This document shows, one piece after another, positions 46,393 to 55,731 of a DNA stretch of 57,039 bases (positions are counted from its first letter, which is position 1; the number at the start of each line of letters is the position of its first letter). The translations under genes were made by a program, and so were the position numbers. Under the pieces are notes generated by a model that saw only the letters and a list, made by a program, of their open reading frames with translations, was not told the origin of the DNA and made no database searches. Origin of the DNA: a virus (taxonomy: Duplodnaviria > Caudoviricetes); IMG/VR virus record IMGVR_UViG_3300037882_003134, positions 1 through 57,039 of that record; one strand, given 5' to 3'.

Positions 46393-46557
46393 TCATAGCT
46401 TGATGTCGATGTCCTGCTTCTGCGTCGGGATCGGACGCACGCCATCCATCGCGAGGAAGTAATCACCGAGACTGTGGAAGCCCAAACGCTTGGCGTTGTT
46501 CTTGGCTTCGCGTTTCTCTTGCTTCGAGCACCGAAATCGGATCACATCGTCGAGCAT
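46393..46557 (-). CDS. Ribbon-helix-helix regulator, 54 aa (not in ORF track)
   Basis: MLDDVIRFRCSKQEKREAKNNAKRLGFHSLGDYF; TACTCT-N6-ATG. Confidence 0.65.
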   Translation of the reverse strand: MLDDVIRFRCSKQEKREAKNNAKRLGFHSLGDYFLAMDGVRPIPTQKQDIDIKL

Positions 46558-46578
46558 GGGCAGAGAGTAGCGCAGTAC

Positions 46579-46651
46579 CTACGTTGTGGCAACACATTTT
46601 GAAAGAGTGCTCCGCGATTTGCTTGACGAGCGTGGCTACGTTGTGGCACTC
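46579..46651. promoter_or_regulatory. Divergent promoter region with operator repeat CTACGTTGTGGCA x2
   Basis: Copies at 46579-46591 and 46636-46648; TTGACG at 46623. Confidence 0.6.
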
Positions 46652-46684
46652 TTCCCGCGTTGAACCATTTTCCCCCTTCATTCC

Positions 46685-47008
46685 ATGTTCACCCTTCTCC
46701 TCGCCGCTGTAGTGGAAACCACTCCGCTCCCGGCAACTCTTCCTCCATCGACCGTTCGCGTAGAGACAGTCGCACGCCCTCCGGCGAATAGCGTGCAGTT
46801 CTACGACAACCTGCGGAACGTCACGAACCGCGTGCTAGATCGTTCGATCTACCAGGACGTTCGTCGCGTCCACACCGATCGTGCAGGAAAGCTCCACGCT
46901 CTGCGTGAGAAGCAGAACCGTGCAGCAGTCGAAGAGCACTGCAAGACGCGTCTCCGTGCCGAGACTCTGCCTGAGGCGGAGTGCGGACGCGGGTTCAATC
47001 GTGACTAA
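46685..47008 (+). CDS. Hypothetical protein
   Basis: First gene of + arm. Confidence 0.5.
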   Translation: MFTLLLAAVVETTPLPATLPPSTVRVETVARPPANSVQFYDNLRNVTNRVLDRSIYQDVRRVHTDRAGKLHALREKQNRAAVEEHCKTRLRAETLPEAECGRGFNRD

Positions 47009-47479
47009 GCCGAAGTCCAGCTATCCAGTCCTCCACGGAGGATTGGTAGATGTACTTCCCTGAAGAGCACCAACGGCTTGAAAACGAGATCACAGCAGTC
47101 GGCTCCATGCAGCCCGAAGATGTAAGAAGAACTGATGAGTTGGAATGGATTGAAGAAGAGGTAAGCGACGCAGATAGTTGCGGTGATATAACCGAGGATC
47201 AGGCGCACCAGCTAAGGAAGCGTATTTACTCCCTCATGCGCTCTTGATGCGAGAACTGACCATAGAGCAGGCTGTTGAACTCGCTCGCGATGATCGGCAG
47301 AGGGAGACAGGGTACTTCCTCAAATTCAACCGTTTCCGGTTCGTTGCACAACCGAATCGGAGAATGATCGCCTCATATGTGAGGCTGGTAGCCAAGCAGT
47401 GACCGTTGCGCTTTTATCTGCTTTCCTGTAGAATAGTATGCAGATCAAACAATTACTTACTTCATACCAATACATACTT

Positions 47480-47779
47480 ATGCGTCTCGCACGCAAAAAC
47501 ATCATCGGCGGTCTTGGCATTCTCTCTATCCTCTTCCTCGTCGGGGTTCTATTCGGCTTCACTCGCGGAGCACTTGCTGACGAGCCGATGCCCGAGCCTG
47601 TACTCTTCGCCCTGAAGGCGATCCAGAACAACCAGGCATACATTGCCGAGAACCGGGCAATCGTAGAAGAGTTCGAGCGAAGGAAGTCAAATAACGCCAC
47701 GCAAATTGGCGTGCTGCAAGCCTACGGATACGCCTACAGTTGGGACACTGGCACCGCAGACAAGGTGGATTTTCAGTAG
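47480..47779 (+). CDS. Membrane-anchored coiled-coil protein (upstream part of frameshift fusion)
   Basis: N-terminal TM; ends G_GAT_TTT CAG TAG. Confidence 0.65.
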   Translation: MRLARKNIIGGLGILSILFLVGVLFGFTRGALADEPMPEPVLFALKAIQNNQAYIAENRAIVEEFERRKSNNATQIGVLQAYGYAYSWDTGTADKVDFQ

Positions 47780-48096
47780 CACCAGCCCCGCAGCCGCAGG
47801 TTTCTGGTGATCTTGACCTCGACAGGTTAGCGCACGCCGTATCCGTTGCTGAAACGGGTGGCTGCACTGACGGCACCGCGATCAAGCGAAAGAACTGTTT
47901 CGGAATAATGACGTGGGAGAAGGGCTACCGTGAACCGAAGTGGTACGGCTCCCATGAGGAGAGCTTTGCAGACTTCAAACGCATCTGGTCAACGTACTAC
48001 AAGCGCTTTCCAGACATGGCACTTGCGAAGAAGTGGACTGGCGATGACAACGCCGAGAGCTGGCTCCGCAACGTTCATGCAGCATACGAAAGTTGA
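47767..48096 (+). CDS. Lysozyme-like (GH73/transglycosylase fold) domain, probably via -1 frameshift
   Basis: AVSVAET, NCFGI, W..NV; no credible own start. Confidence 0.65.
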   Translation, partial: GFSVAPAPQPQVSGDLDLDRLAHAVSVAETGGCTDGTAIKRKNCFGIMTWEKGYREPKWYGSHEESFADFKRIWSTYYKRFPDMALAKKWTGDDNAESWLRNVHAAYES

Positions 48097-48355
48097 CACT
48101 GCCTGCACCGAGGAGCAACATGCAGGCACTCTTTCCCAACTCTTCCATGCAAGCCAAATCCAAGCTGCGTCGTCGCCCACCGGCCTCTGCACCAAAGCCG
48201 CGGGTGATGCCCAACTACGAAAAGAGGATTGCCCAGGAGATGCCTCGCTTCGAAAAGGCTGTCACAAATCTGCGGAACTACGGCGTGTCGAAGCGTGAAA
48301 TGCACCGCAGAATCGACGCCCAGAAGTAGGGCAGCTACAATACCGCCGGACGATC

Positions 48356-48382
48356 AGGGGTCGCAATCGCGACCCCTTTCTT
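48356..48382 (+). terminator. Intrinsic terminator-like hairpin
   Basis: AGGGGTCGC-AATC-GCGACCCCT then TTCTT. Confidence 0.6.
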
Positions 48383-48812
48383 GAACGGGCATGGCGATGG
48401 ATGACGCAGAAGCGGACAAGCTCTGGCAGCGATACCAAGAGTGCGAGCAGATCATTCTCGCGATCTATGAAGGCAAGGTCGTGGATGGATCACCAGCCGA
48501 GCTGGAAGGCCGGATGCTGGAAGAGCAGGACGAAATTGAATTCAAACTAGGCGAGAAGTATTTCGAGGATCGTGACCGGCAACAATAATGAGGAACCAAT
48601 GGCAAAGAAACGACACAAGGGTGACACAAAGACTTTTGCGGAACTCACGTTCGAGGAGCAGGCCAAGTCAATCACGGCCATGCTCAACAACGTAAAGAAC
48701 GCGATCGAGCACCACATCGACCACGCACCCAATCGACAGACAACACGCCAGAAGTGCATCGACCAAGCGATCCGTTTTTCTGCCCGCGTCAATCAGATTC
48801 CTTGAGGATGTC

Positions 48813-49274
48813 ATGCGCTACATCCTTGGAATGGCAAAGTCTTCCGAAAATGGCAGTGGCGCGAAGGCTCGGAACTTGGAACTCGATTGCCTGCGCCTCA
48901 TCTACGCGGTAGCGCATCTGCGTAGGGAGGGGCATCAGGCGATCGGGTATCTGACCGTTCTGAGCGAGCCGTTGCGCCAGACAATCAATGGATGGGTGCG
49001 GAAGTATGACGCAGCCGGACTCGTCCAAATCATCGTCCCCACTCTGACCGAGGAGCAGTTGCAGCTCTATCTTGCGGAGAAGGATCGCAATCGGTTGGGG
49101 AATGTACCTGGTTCCGACAAATCTCTGGCCGCTGCAGGATATGCACGGGACTTGGGCGAACAGGCGTTACGCACTCACATTTTGGCAACGGAGAATGGTG
49201 TGCGAGAGCTTGATCTAAAGGACGCTCCGCATGAAGTCAGATGGGACTTCTACGGAGTCGCCGAGGAGGCGTGA
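48813..49274 (+). CDS. Hypothetical protein
   Basis: GAGG SD; 153-aa ORF. Confidence 0.55.
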   Translation: MRYILGMAKSSENGSGAKARNLELDCLRLIYAVAHLRREGHQAIGYLTVLSEPLRQTINGWVRKYDAAGLVQIIVPTLTEEQLQLYLAEKDRNRLGNVPGSDKSLAAAGYARDLGEQALRTHILATENGVRELDLKDAPHEVRWDFYGVAEEA

Positions 49275-49289
49275 GGCCGCGAGTCCCTT

Positions 49290-49448
49290 CTAAGACTCGC
49301 TTGGCCGAACACTAGGCTGGACGCGCAGCTTCTTGATCGCGTAGCGGATGACTCCGGCCAAAGTACGGATTCCAAGCTCTTCACCCTTGGCGAGAGCTTC
49401 CTGCTTTTCTTCATCTGTTAGGCGAATGCTAATTGCTGTGATTGGCAT
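49290..49448 (-). CDS. Ribbon-helix-helix regulator, 52 aa
   Basis: ISIRLTDEEKQEALAKGEELGIRTLAGVIRYAI. Confidence 0.7.
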   Translation of the reverse strand: MPITAISIRLTDEEKQEALAKGEELGIRTLAGVIRYAIKKLRVQPSVRPSES

Positions 49449-49521
49449 ACGCGCAGCATACATGGGTCTGCACAATTGGCAAGACTTTCCCCTTGCGCGC
49501 GGCATACTATTGGCATACAGT
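49441..49521 (+). promoter_or_regulatory. sigma70-like promoter overlapped by (ATT)GGCATAC repeats
   Basis: TTGCGC-N17-TACAGT (49493-49521); repeats at 49441, 49501, 49509. Confidence 0.6.
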
Positions 49522-49550
49522 TGTCGCATCACTTCTTTCCCTCCTCGCAC

Positions 49551-49769
49551 ATGTTGGAAGCACTCGCAAAGATCGAAGAAGCCATGCTGGCTCTCTCTCC
49601 AGAGATCCGCGTCGAGGTAAACATCCGTCTGAAGATTCACGACGATGTTCCAGCGGACTTCGTTGAGCAATCCACCACGGTCATGAGTGACAGCACCGAC
49701 TACCGCAAGGTAGTTCAGGCATTCGATGGAATGGTGCATAAGGAAATCACCCTCTCCATTCCCGATTGA
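49551..49769 (+). CDS. Hypothetical protein
   Basis: Downstream of predicted promoter. Confidence 0.5.
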   Translation: MLEALAKIEEAMLALSPEIRVEVNIRLKIHDDVPADFVEQSTTVMSDSTDYRKVVQAFDGMVHKEITLSIPD

Positions 49770-49842
49770 TGCTCCGCTTCTTCCTCATTGCTCTGGCCTT
49801 CTACGTTCTCCTTCTTTCTGAAGGCTTTCTCCCCGCCATCTA

Positions 49843-50031
49843 ATGTTCTGCCCAATCTGCTCCGACAACGGCCACGAAATCGAAATGGAAGTCCGCGACA
49901 CGGTTCACAACTTCCACGATCCCGCCTCTTCTCACGGCCACGGCCAGACCGAAGGCAAGCTCGCAGTCTGCCCTACATGCGGACACGAGGAGGAGGTGGA
50001 GCCGAACGATCCGGAGCCGCTTGAAATCTAG
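49843..50031 (+). CDS. Small Zn-ribbon protein
   Basis: CPIC...CPTCG. Confidence 0.6.
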   Translation: MFCPICSDNGHEIEMEVRDTVHNFHDPASSHGHGQTEGKLAVCPTCGHEEEVEPNDPEPLEI

Positions 50032-50049
50032 TTTCTTCCCCTCTCTTCG

Positions 50050-50799
50050 ATGAAAAAGGAAATCCGCAAAGTATCAGACGACGGAAAGACCGTTCAAATC
50101 ACAATCGCTGATGAACGGTTCTACGTGAAAACGGAGACCGACGAAAAAGGGAACATTCTCTCGATTCGAGAATACCCCTCTGTTACGTGGAAATGCGGTT
50201 GTTATCCAAAAGGCGTTGGCTACTACATGTGGCTCGCAAAGAACGGCTGGGATGAATCTCAGGAAATCATGCGCGAAGCAGGTCACCGTGGTTCCAAGGT
50301 TCACAATGCAGTTGAATCACTGCTGCTTGGGAATACGGTCAGAATGGAAGACGCGTTCCAAGACGGCGACGGCAATGTGTCAGACCTTACCCTTGAAGAG
50401 TACGAGGCACTGCTTTCCTTCGCCGACTGGCACAAAGAATTCAAGCCCGAAACGATTGCCATCGAAACGACAGTGTTCAACGACGAATACAACTACGCGG
50501 GTACAGTCGATTACATCTGCAAGATCGACGGCAAAGTGTGGATCATCGACTTCAAGACTTCCGCAGACGTATGGCCTTCCTACGAATTGCAGGTGTCCGC
50601 ATACAAGCACGCACTCGACATGAAGGTAGACCAGCTCGGCATTCTCCAGCTTGGCTACAAGCGAAACAAGAGGAAGTGGAAGATGAATGAAATCGAAGAT
50701 CAATTCGAGCTATTCAAAGCAGCCGACCTTATTTGGCAGAAGGAACACGGCAAGACAGAAATATTCGTGAAAGATTATCCCACTTCCATCTCTCTCTAA
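50050..50799 (+). CDS. PD-(D/E)XK phage exonuclease
   Basis: PSVT, RGSKVH, IE, YAGTVD, IDFKTS, LQVSAY. Confidence 0.9.
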   Translation: MKKEIRKVSDDGKTVQITIADERFYVKTETDEKGNILSIREYPSVTWKCGCYPKGVGYYMWLAKNGWDESQEIMREAGHRGSKVHNAVESLLLGNTVRMEDAFQDGDGNVSDLTLEEYEALLSFADWHKEFKPETIAIETTVFNDEYNYAGTVDYICKIDGKVWIIDFKTSADVWPSYELQVSAYKHALDMKVDQLGILQLGYKRNKRKWKMNEIEDQFELFKAADLIWQKEHGKTEIFVKDYPTSISL

Positions 50800-51209
50800 T
50801 GGGCTTCTCTGTCAAAAACGAATTTCCCTCTCGCTTCTTGAAGGGCGAAGAAATCACCGGCAAGGAAGTCCCTGTCACGATTCGCGAAGTGCGACGGGAA
50901 AACGTCTTCTCCCCACAGAAGAACAAAAAGGAAGCGGTGCTCGTGGTGTATTTTCAGGGCAAAGAGAAGGGCGTGATCCTCAAAAAGCAACGTGCCCTCG
51001 ATCTGAAGACTTTATCCGGAAGCGACGATACCGACGGCTGGATCGGACAGACGTTCCGTATGTTCACAGAGAAGAAGAAAACCGGCGAAGGCGTTGTAGA
51101 TGTCATTCGTTTCAAAGATGCCAGTCCCGACGACCTACCTCCGGATCAAAAGAAAGCGCTTGGCGATCAGCTCGACGCAAAGTCTGATTCTTCTTCTCTC
51201 CCTGCCTAA
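50799..51209 (+). CDS. Putative ssDNA-binding/recombination partner
   Basis: FPSRFLK, VTI..V, G.DTD.WIG; TAATG-coupled to exonuclease. Confidence 0.6.
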   Translation: MGFSVKNEFPSRFLKGEEITGKEVPVTIREVRRENVFSPQKNKKEAVLVVYFQGKEKGVILKKQRALDLKTLSGSDDTDGWIGQTFRMFTEKKKTGEGVVDVIRFKDASPDDLPPDQKKALGDQLDAKSDSSSLPA

Positions 51210-51634
51210 TGACTCCTCCTACTCACCAGCAACGGCCACTGCGGTTCAGGGCGTGGCATAAGGGCACAAAGCAAATGGCGACTGTCCGCGAAATGTACGA
51301 TGCCTGCCTGAATCCGAACGACGAAAATAGGCATGATTCAGCGTTTGCACTCCTAAAAGGAGTGGGCGATGTGAAAGACATCATCATCATGCAGTCCACC
51401 GGACTCCGTGACCGGAACGGAGTGGAGATATTCGAGGGGGACATCGTGCGAGGAGAGAAACGCTACGCGGACGACTTTGGCAATACGACCGAACCAGAGT
51501 TGTGCGTCGCTGAGGTGAAGTACGGCGAGCGGCTGGGCGCGGTGGGACTGTATGTCGGAAGCGGTATGAACTTCGGGGAATTCCCCTTGGAAGTCATCGG
51601 AAATGTTTGGCAGCATCCCCACCTGCTGAAGTGA
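51209..51634 (+). CDS. YopX-family protein
   Basis: FRAW, MQSTGLRDRNGVEIFEGDIV, EVIGNV..HP.LL. Confidence 0.92.
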   Translation: MTPPTHQQRPLRFRAWHKGTKQMATVREMYDACLNPNDENRHDSAFALLKGVGDVKDIIIMQSTGLRDRNGVEIFEGDIVRGEKRYADDFGNTTEPELCVAEVKYGERLGAVGLYVGSGMNFGEFPLEVIGNVWQHPHLLK

Positions 51635-52020
51635 TCCTCTCCGCTGTCGTCACCAACGGCAAAGCCTGCTTCGATCCCCGCGACGAGGACAATCTCAAAG
51701 CGTTCATCCGCAGCCACGAAGGCAAGCGGCTCTGGTTCGTGATCCAGAAGGAGCGGCCACCGCGCACGCTGACGCAGAACGCCTACTATCACGCCGCCGT
51801 GATCCAAACGATTTCGGACTACACCGGCGACGATGCAAAGAGCACGCACGAGAACCTCAAGCAGATGTTCCTGCCGCAGTTCTTCGACGATAAAGGCCAG
51901 CCGATCGAGAAGAGCACAACGAGGCTCACCACCAAGGAGTTCGCCCAGTACATCGATCGGATCATTGCATGGGCGGGTACGGAGCACGGCCTTGCGATTC
52001 CTTCACCCAACGAGGCATGA
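51631..52020 (+). CDS. NinB-like recombination protein
   Basis: RTLTQNAYYH, STTRLT..EF..YI..I. Confidence 0.8.
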   Translation: MILSAVVTNGKACFDPRDEDNLKAFIRSHEGKRLWFVIQKERPPRTLTQNAYYHAAVIQTISDYTGDDAKSTHENLKQMFLPQFFDDKGQPIEKSTTRLTTKEFAQYIDRIIAWAGTEHGLAIPSPNEA

Positions 52021-52457
52021 ACGCACTCTACGGCTACACCACGCCGCGCTACATTATCGACTGGCTCTTGAACCACCACGACTTCCCCGCACCGGCTATC
52101 GCTCGCGAGGATCACAACTGCGATCTCTGCCAAGCCCCTTCCGGCTGGAGCCTTGTGTGTGAGGACTGCCGACGGCGACTCACTCCTTCGCAGGAGCGTC
52201 GGATAATGGGTATTTGGCATGCATTGATGCGTGAGAAGGGGCGTGACCCCATCGATCCGTCCAGCTTCTGGTGCTTCCACTGCGAGCAGCAATTCTCCGA
52301 GGATGAAGTGTGCGGCGACCACTGGCCGCATTCGCGTGGAGCCCGTATTGGCTTGCGATTCGACACACGCAATGGCGTTCCATGCTGCAAAGCGTGTAAT
52401 ACTTCCGGCTCGCCGCACCGCAAGCGACCGGGAGCCGCTGACTTCTTCGCTATCTAA
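52017..52457 (+). CDS. NinG/Rap-like HNH nuclease
   Basis: CFHC, GDH..SRG...LRFD..N..PCCKACN. Confidence 0.7.
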   Translation: MNALYGYTTPRYIIDWLLNHHDFPAPAIAREDHNCDLCQAPSGWSLVCEDCRRRLTPSQERRIMGIWHALMREKGRDPIDPSSFWCFHCEQQFSEDEVCGDHWPHSRGARIGLRFDTRNGVPCCKACNTSGSPHRKRPGAADFFAI

Positions 52458-52475
52458 TTTCTTCCCCTCAACCCA

Positions 52476-53006
52476 ATGAAGACACCAGAGTTCAACACTG
52501 AAACAGCTCGTCACGAATTGGATGGCATTCCATTCGCTGGTCATTTTCTGGAATGGAAGCTGGAATATGTGCCAGAAACCTATCTTAAAGAAAGCGAGCT
52601 AAGTGGCGAAGAATGGCGGAAGGGTGGATTCGTCCGTATCTATTTGAATGGCGATTGCGTGCTGGAAAAATTCTGCCGTGAGCCAGAAAGGGCTCTGATG
52701 CTTCTATCAAAGGGGCTGCATGAACTGAAATGCTTTTTTGAGGGGTATGGTGTGCAGATAGGCAAGTGGCAAAAAGATTTGATTGGCAGAAAAGTCCGTC
52801 ATGGATGTATTCCGAGTACTGTAGTGCGATATGTGGGCAACGGCGAAGTAATTATCAAGCGTGACGACGGAAAGGATTACCTGCCAGACCTTTATCCGTC
52901 ATTGATGGAAGAAGACGGAACTTATGAAACAGAATGGAAAGATGAAGACAGAGTGCATATTACAGACAAGCGTATTAACTGGCATGTCGCCCCATCCCTC
53001 TCATGA
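52476..53006 (+). CDS. Hypothetical protein (AT-richer)
   Basis: 176-aa ORF. Confidence 0.6.
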   Translation: MKTPEFNTETARHELDGIPFAGHFLEWKLEYVPETYLKESELSGEEWRKGGFVRIYLNGDCVLEKFCREPERALMLLSKGLHELKCFFEGYGVQIGKWQKDLIGRKVRHGCIPSTVVRYVGNGEVIIKRDDGKDYLPDLYPSLMEEDGTYETEWKDEDRVHITDKRINWHVAPSLS

Positions 53007-53178
53007 CCCATCAGCAGGACAAAGCAGCGGCAAAGAAATGCGGAAGGCACAACTATGTTGAAACGTTTGACCTTCACGGATGCAAATGGCTTTACTGCAA
53101 ATATTGCGGAGACAAAAAGCTACTGTCAGATGGGCGATCGAGACGAGATCGCATGTTCCAAGCAGTTCACCCGTAGAT

Positions 53179-53736
53179 ATGACCGACCAGCAGCAAATCC
53201 TCGCCGTGCTACGTCGCCACTTGTTCGACCGTCCTCCAATGGTCGCCTACGAGCTGAACCTCACGCAGATGGCAGAGGAGATCGAGAAGGAGCTTCGCCC
53301 GTCGTTTTCAGAAGTCGTGATTCAGCAGAGCGAGTGCGCGATGCGATGCCCGACCTGCAAGGAAACGCGGAACATCTACAGACGTTCATGGAGGCACGAG
53401 TCCACCGATGCCCTCAAAATGCTCCAAGATCGCGATATGACAACGCCGGAGTTCGGCAGCGTGGTGAAGACCCAAGGGGCACGAAAGACGCTCTCAGAGC
53501 TTGCAGAAAGCGACCTCGTAGAAATCTGCGGCACACGCAAGGGGAGTCGCCTCTATCGGATAACACAAAAGGGACGGGACTTCCTTGCAGGCAAGATACC
53601 CGCCCAGTGCAGTTGGTGGCCTCCCGATTCGCCAAAAGAATGCGAAGCAGGAGAGCTGCGGTACGTTCACGAGATGCCGCACTCCCATCCGCTGAATCAG
53701 CCGGAGAAACATGCCGAGATGGCGGTTGCAATGTGA
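53179..53736 (+). CDS. Zn-ribbon + winged-helix protein
   Basis: CPTC; LVE....G..YRITQKGRDFL. Confidence 0.6.
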   Translation: MTDQQQILAVLRRHLFDRPPMVAYELNLTQMAEEIEKELRPSFSEVVIQQSECAMRCPTCKETRNIYRRSWRHESTDALKMLQDRDMTTPEFGSVVKTQGARKTLSELAESDLVEICGTRKGSRLYRITQKGRDFLAGKIPAQCSWWPPDSPKECEAGELRYVHEMPHSHPLNQPEKHAEMAVAM

Positions 53737-53950
53737 AGCCCAGAGGAGATCACGGAACTGCTCCTGTCGGTCTATGCTCGGCGGGATCTGGTGAGGCCGG
53801 AATCTACGTATTTGTTCGAGAGCGGCCGTTCTGCAACTTTGGGAAGCACAGGATATTGCCCTAGCTCGCCGAATCCCGATAATGGGGGGAATGACAAAAC
53901 GTGAACTTCGCCATGGATGGGCGACGGCGGTGAGAAAATGAAAGCGCACC

Positions 53951-54832
53951 ATGGGATTAGCAGACTGGTTCAGTACGTTCTGCTCGAATTTGAAAGTCGA
54001 TAATGGAGACACTATTTCCACTCGATACAAGGCTATTACGCGCCGGTTAAATACGGACTACTGGAGCACGACGTCTGACACCGCCCACAGCCTTTATGTT
54101 GGCTCCTATGGTCGCAATACAGCGGTTCGAGGATTTAGTGACTTAGACATGATCTTTCAATTGCCGTATTCCGTCTACGAGCAGTACGATGCATACACTG
54201 GAAATGGTCAGTCAGCACTGCTGCAGGCTGTGAAAACCTCTATCGAGAAGACGTACTCTAAGACCAATATCCGTGGCGATGGTCAGGTAATCCAGGTGCC
54301 GTTCACCGACGGAGTAACGTTTGAAGTCGTGCCGGGCTTTATCAACAAGGATGACAGTTACACGTACCCAGATGCGAACAGCGGTGGAAGTTGGCGTACA
54401 ACTGATCCGAGGCCGGAGATTGCTGCAATCAGGACAAGAAACACTGACTGCAATGGTAATCTCGTCTGGCTATGTCGAATGATGAGGGCTTGGAAGAACA
54501 AATGGGATGTCCCAATCGGCGGGTTGCTAATAGATACCCTCGCGTACCAATTCATGGAAGACTACGTCTCTAGGGCTAAATCGTACATTTACTACGATTG
54601 GATATGTCGAGATTTCTTCCGATTTATGGCCGACCAGGATAAGGAGAAGGAGTACTGGAAGGCACCTGGAAGTGGCCGATATGTCTACGGCAAGGGGCTG
54701 TTTCAATATAAAGCCACGCGGTGCTATAACATCTCGCTTGAGGCAATTGAAAACGAAACCGCAACTCCCAAGCGAGAGTGGACTGCCAAGCAAAAATGGA
54801 GGGAGATTTTTGGAACCTCATTCCCAGACTGA
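53951..54832 (+). CDS. SMODS/CD-NTase (cGAS/DncV-like) nucleotidyltransferase
   Basis: GSYGRNTA...SDLD, FEVVP, W..TDP, R..RAW. Confidence 0.9.
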   Translation: MGLADWFSTFCSNLKVDNGDTISTRYKAITRRLNTDYWSTTSDTAHSLYVGSYGRNTAVRGFSDLDMIFQLPYSVYEQYDAYTGNGQSALLQAVKTSIEKTYSKTNIRGDGQVIQVPFTDGVTFEVVPGFINKDDSYTYPDANSGGSWRTTDPRPEIAAIRTRNTDCNGNLVWLCRMMRAWKNKWDVPIGGLLIDTLAYQFMEDYVSRAKSYIYYDWICRDFFRFMADQDKEKEYWKAPGSGRYVYGKGLFQYKATRCYNISLEAIENETATPKREWTAKQKWREIFGTSFPD

Positions 54833-55418
54833 CGACACTCCGAGCTCTAGGGCAATTTTGGAGGGACAACTTCGCGAATGCTTCGGCCGCGTCGTCTATT
54901 CGCACAAAACCCATGAGAAGTGCGCAGACATCCTTCTGTCGCGTTTGTCGTGCATAAAGCTCTGGCAAATCATTTTGGCGGCAATCACGACCGGTGGCTT
55001 CATTGCCGCCGTTTTCGGTGGAGGTACAACTGCCGCCGTGATTGGCGTGGTGGTGTCCACGCTCTTACTGGTCATTAATGCCTATACCAAAGACTACGAT
55101 CTCGGGGAACTCGCGCAGAAGCACCGGCAGGCTGGTGCAGACTTATGGATGATTCGTGAGAAGTACCTGTCGCTTTTGACAGATCTCCGGATGGGTGAGA
55201 GGCCGATAGAAGCCCTTCAAGCCGAGCGGGACGCACTGCTTAAAGAGCTTCATGCCGTATACTCCGGCGCGCCGAGCACGACATACAAGGCGTACAAGAA
55301 GGCACAGGAAGCTTTGCAGACGCTTGAGGACATGACGTTCTCGAACGAGGAAATCGACGCCTTTCTGCCGAGCGAGCTGAAGAGGTCCAAGCCCCAATCT
55401 GCAGACTCCGCCAGGTGA
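54810..55418 (+). CDS. SLATT-domain 2TM effector
   Basis: GGAGG SD + TTG; YSHKTHEK, two TM helices, H...W..RE.Y. Confidence 0.85.
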   Translation: MEPHSQTDDTPSSRAILEGQLRECFGRVVYSHKTHEKCADILLSRLSCIKLWQIILAAITTGGFIAAVFGGGTTAAVIGVVVSTLLLVINAYTKDYDLGELAQKHRQAGADLWMIREKYLSLLTDLRMGERPIEALQAERDALLKELHAVYSGAPSTTYKAYKKAQEALQTLEDMTFSNEEIDAFLPSELKRSKPQSADSAR

Positions 55419-55422
55419 AAGA

Positions 55423-55710
55423 TCAATAGTCGTCAGGCAGTAGCGCGGTGATCGCTCCGCCGTCGCCGTCTTCGATGATCCAGAGATCCGGCTTGTTCGG
55501 ATCAACGTTCTTGAATATCTGCAGGTAGTCGATACCGCCGTATCGCTTTGCCTGTTCCTGCAGGACGGCGAGGCATCGCTGGATCGTTTCCATCTGATGG
55601 GCTTCGATCGCCGCGGCTGTTGCGAGGAACGGCTTTTCTGGTGATGGCTGGAATCGGTTGCACGATTCCGGGGAGTCCAGAGGGACTTCCTGTTGTTTGA
55701 GGATGAGCAA
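55423..55710 (-). CDS. Plasmid/ICE-type hypothetical protein
   Basis: DYLQ.F, W.I.D, TALLPDDY C-terminus. Confidence 0.65.
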   Translation of the reverse strand: MLILKQQEVPLDSPESCNRFQPSPEKPFLATAAAIEAHQMETIQRCLAVLQEQAKRYGGIDYLQIFKNVDPNKPDLWIIEDGDGGAITALLPDDY

Positions 55711-55731
55711 GGGAGAGAGGGGAAGAAATTA

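Larger units (their letters stand above)
12594..53736. mobile_element. Siphovirus-type (pro)phage genome; boundaries approximate
   Basis: Complete lysis-tail-head-terminase-replication arm (-) and recombination arm (+). Confidence 0.9.
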
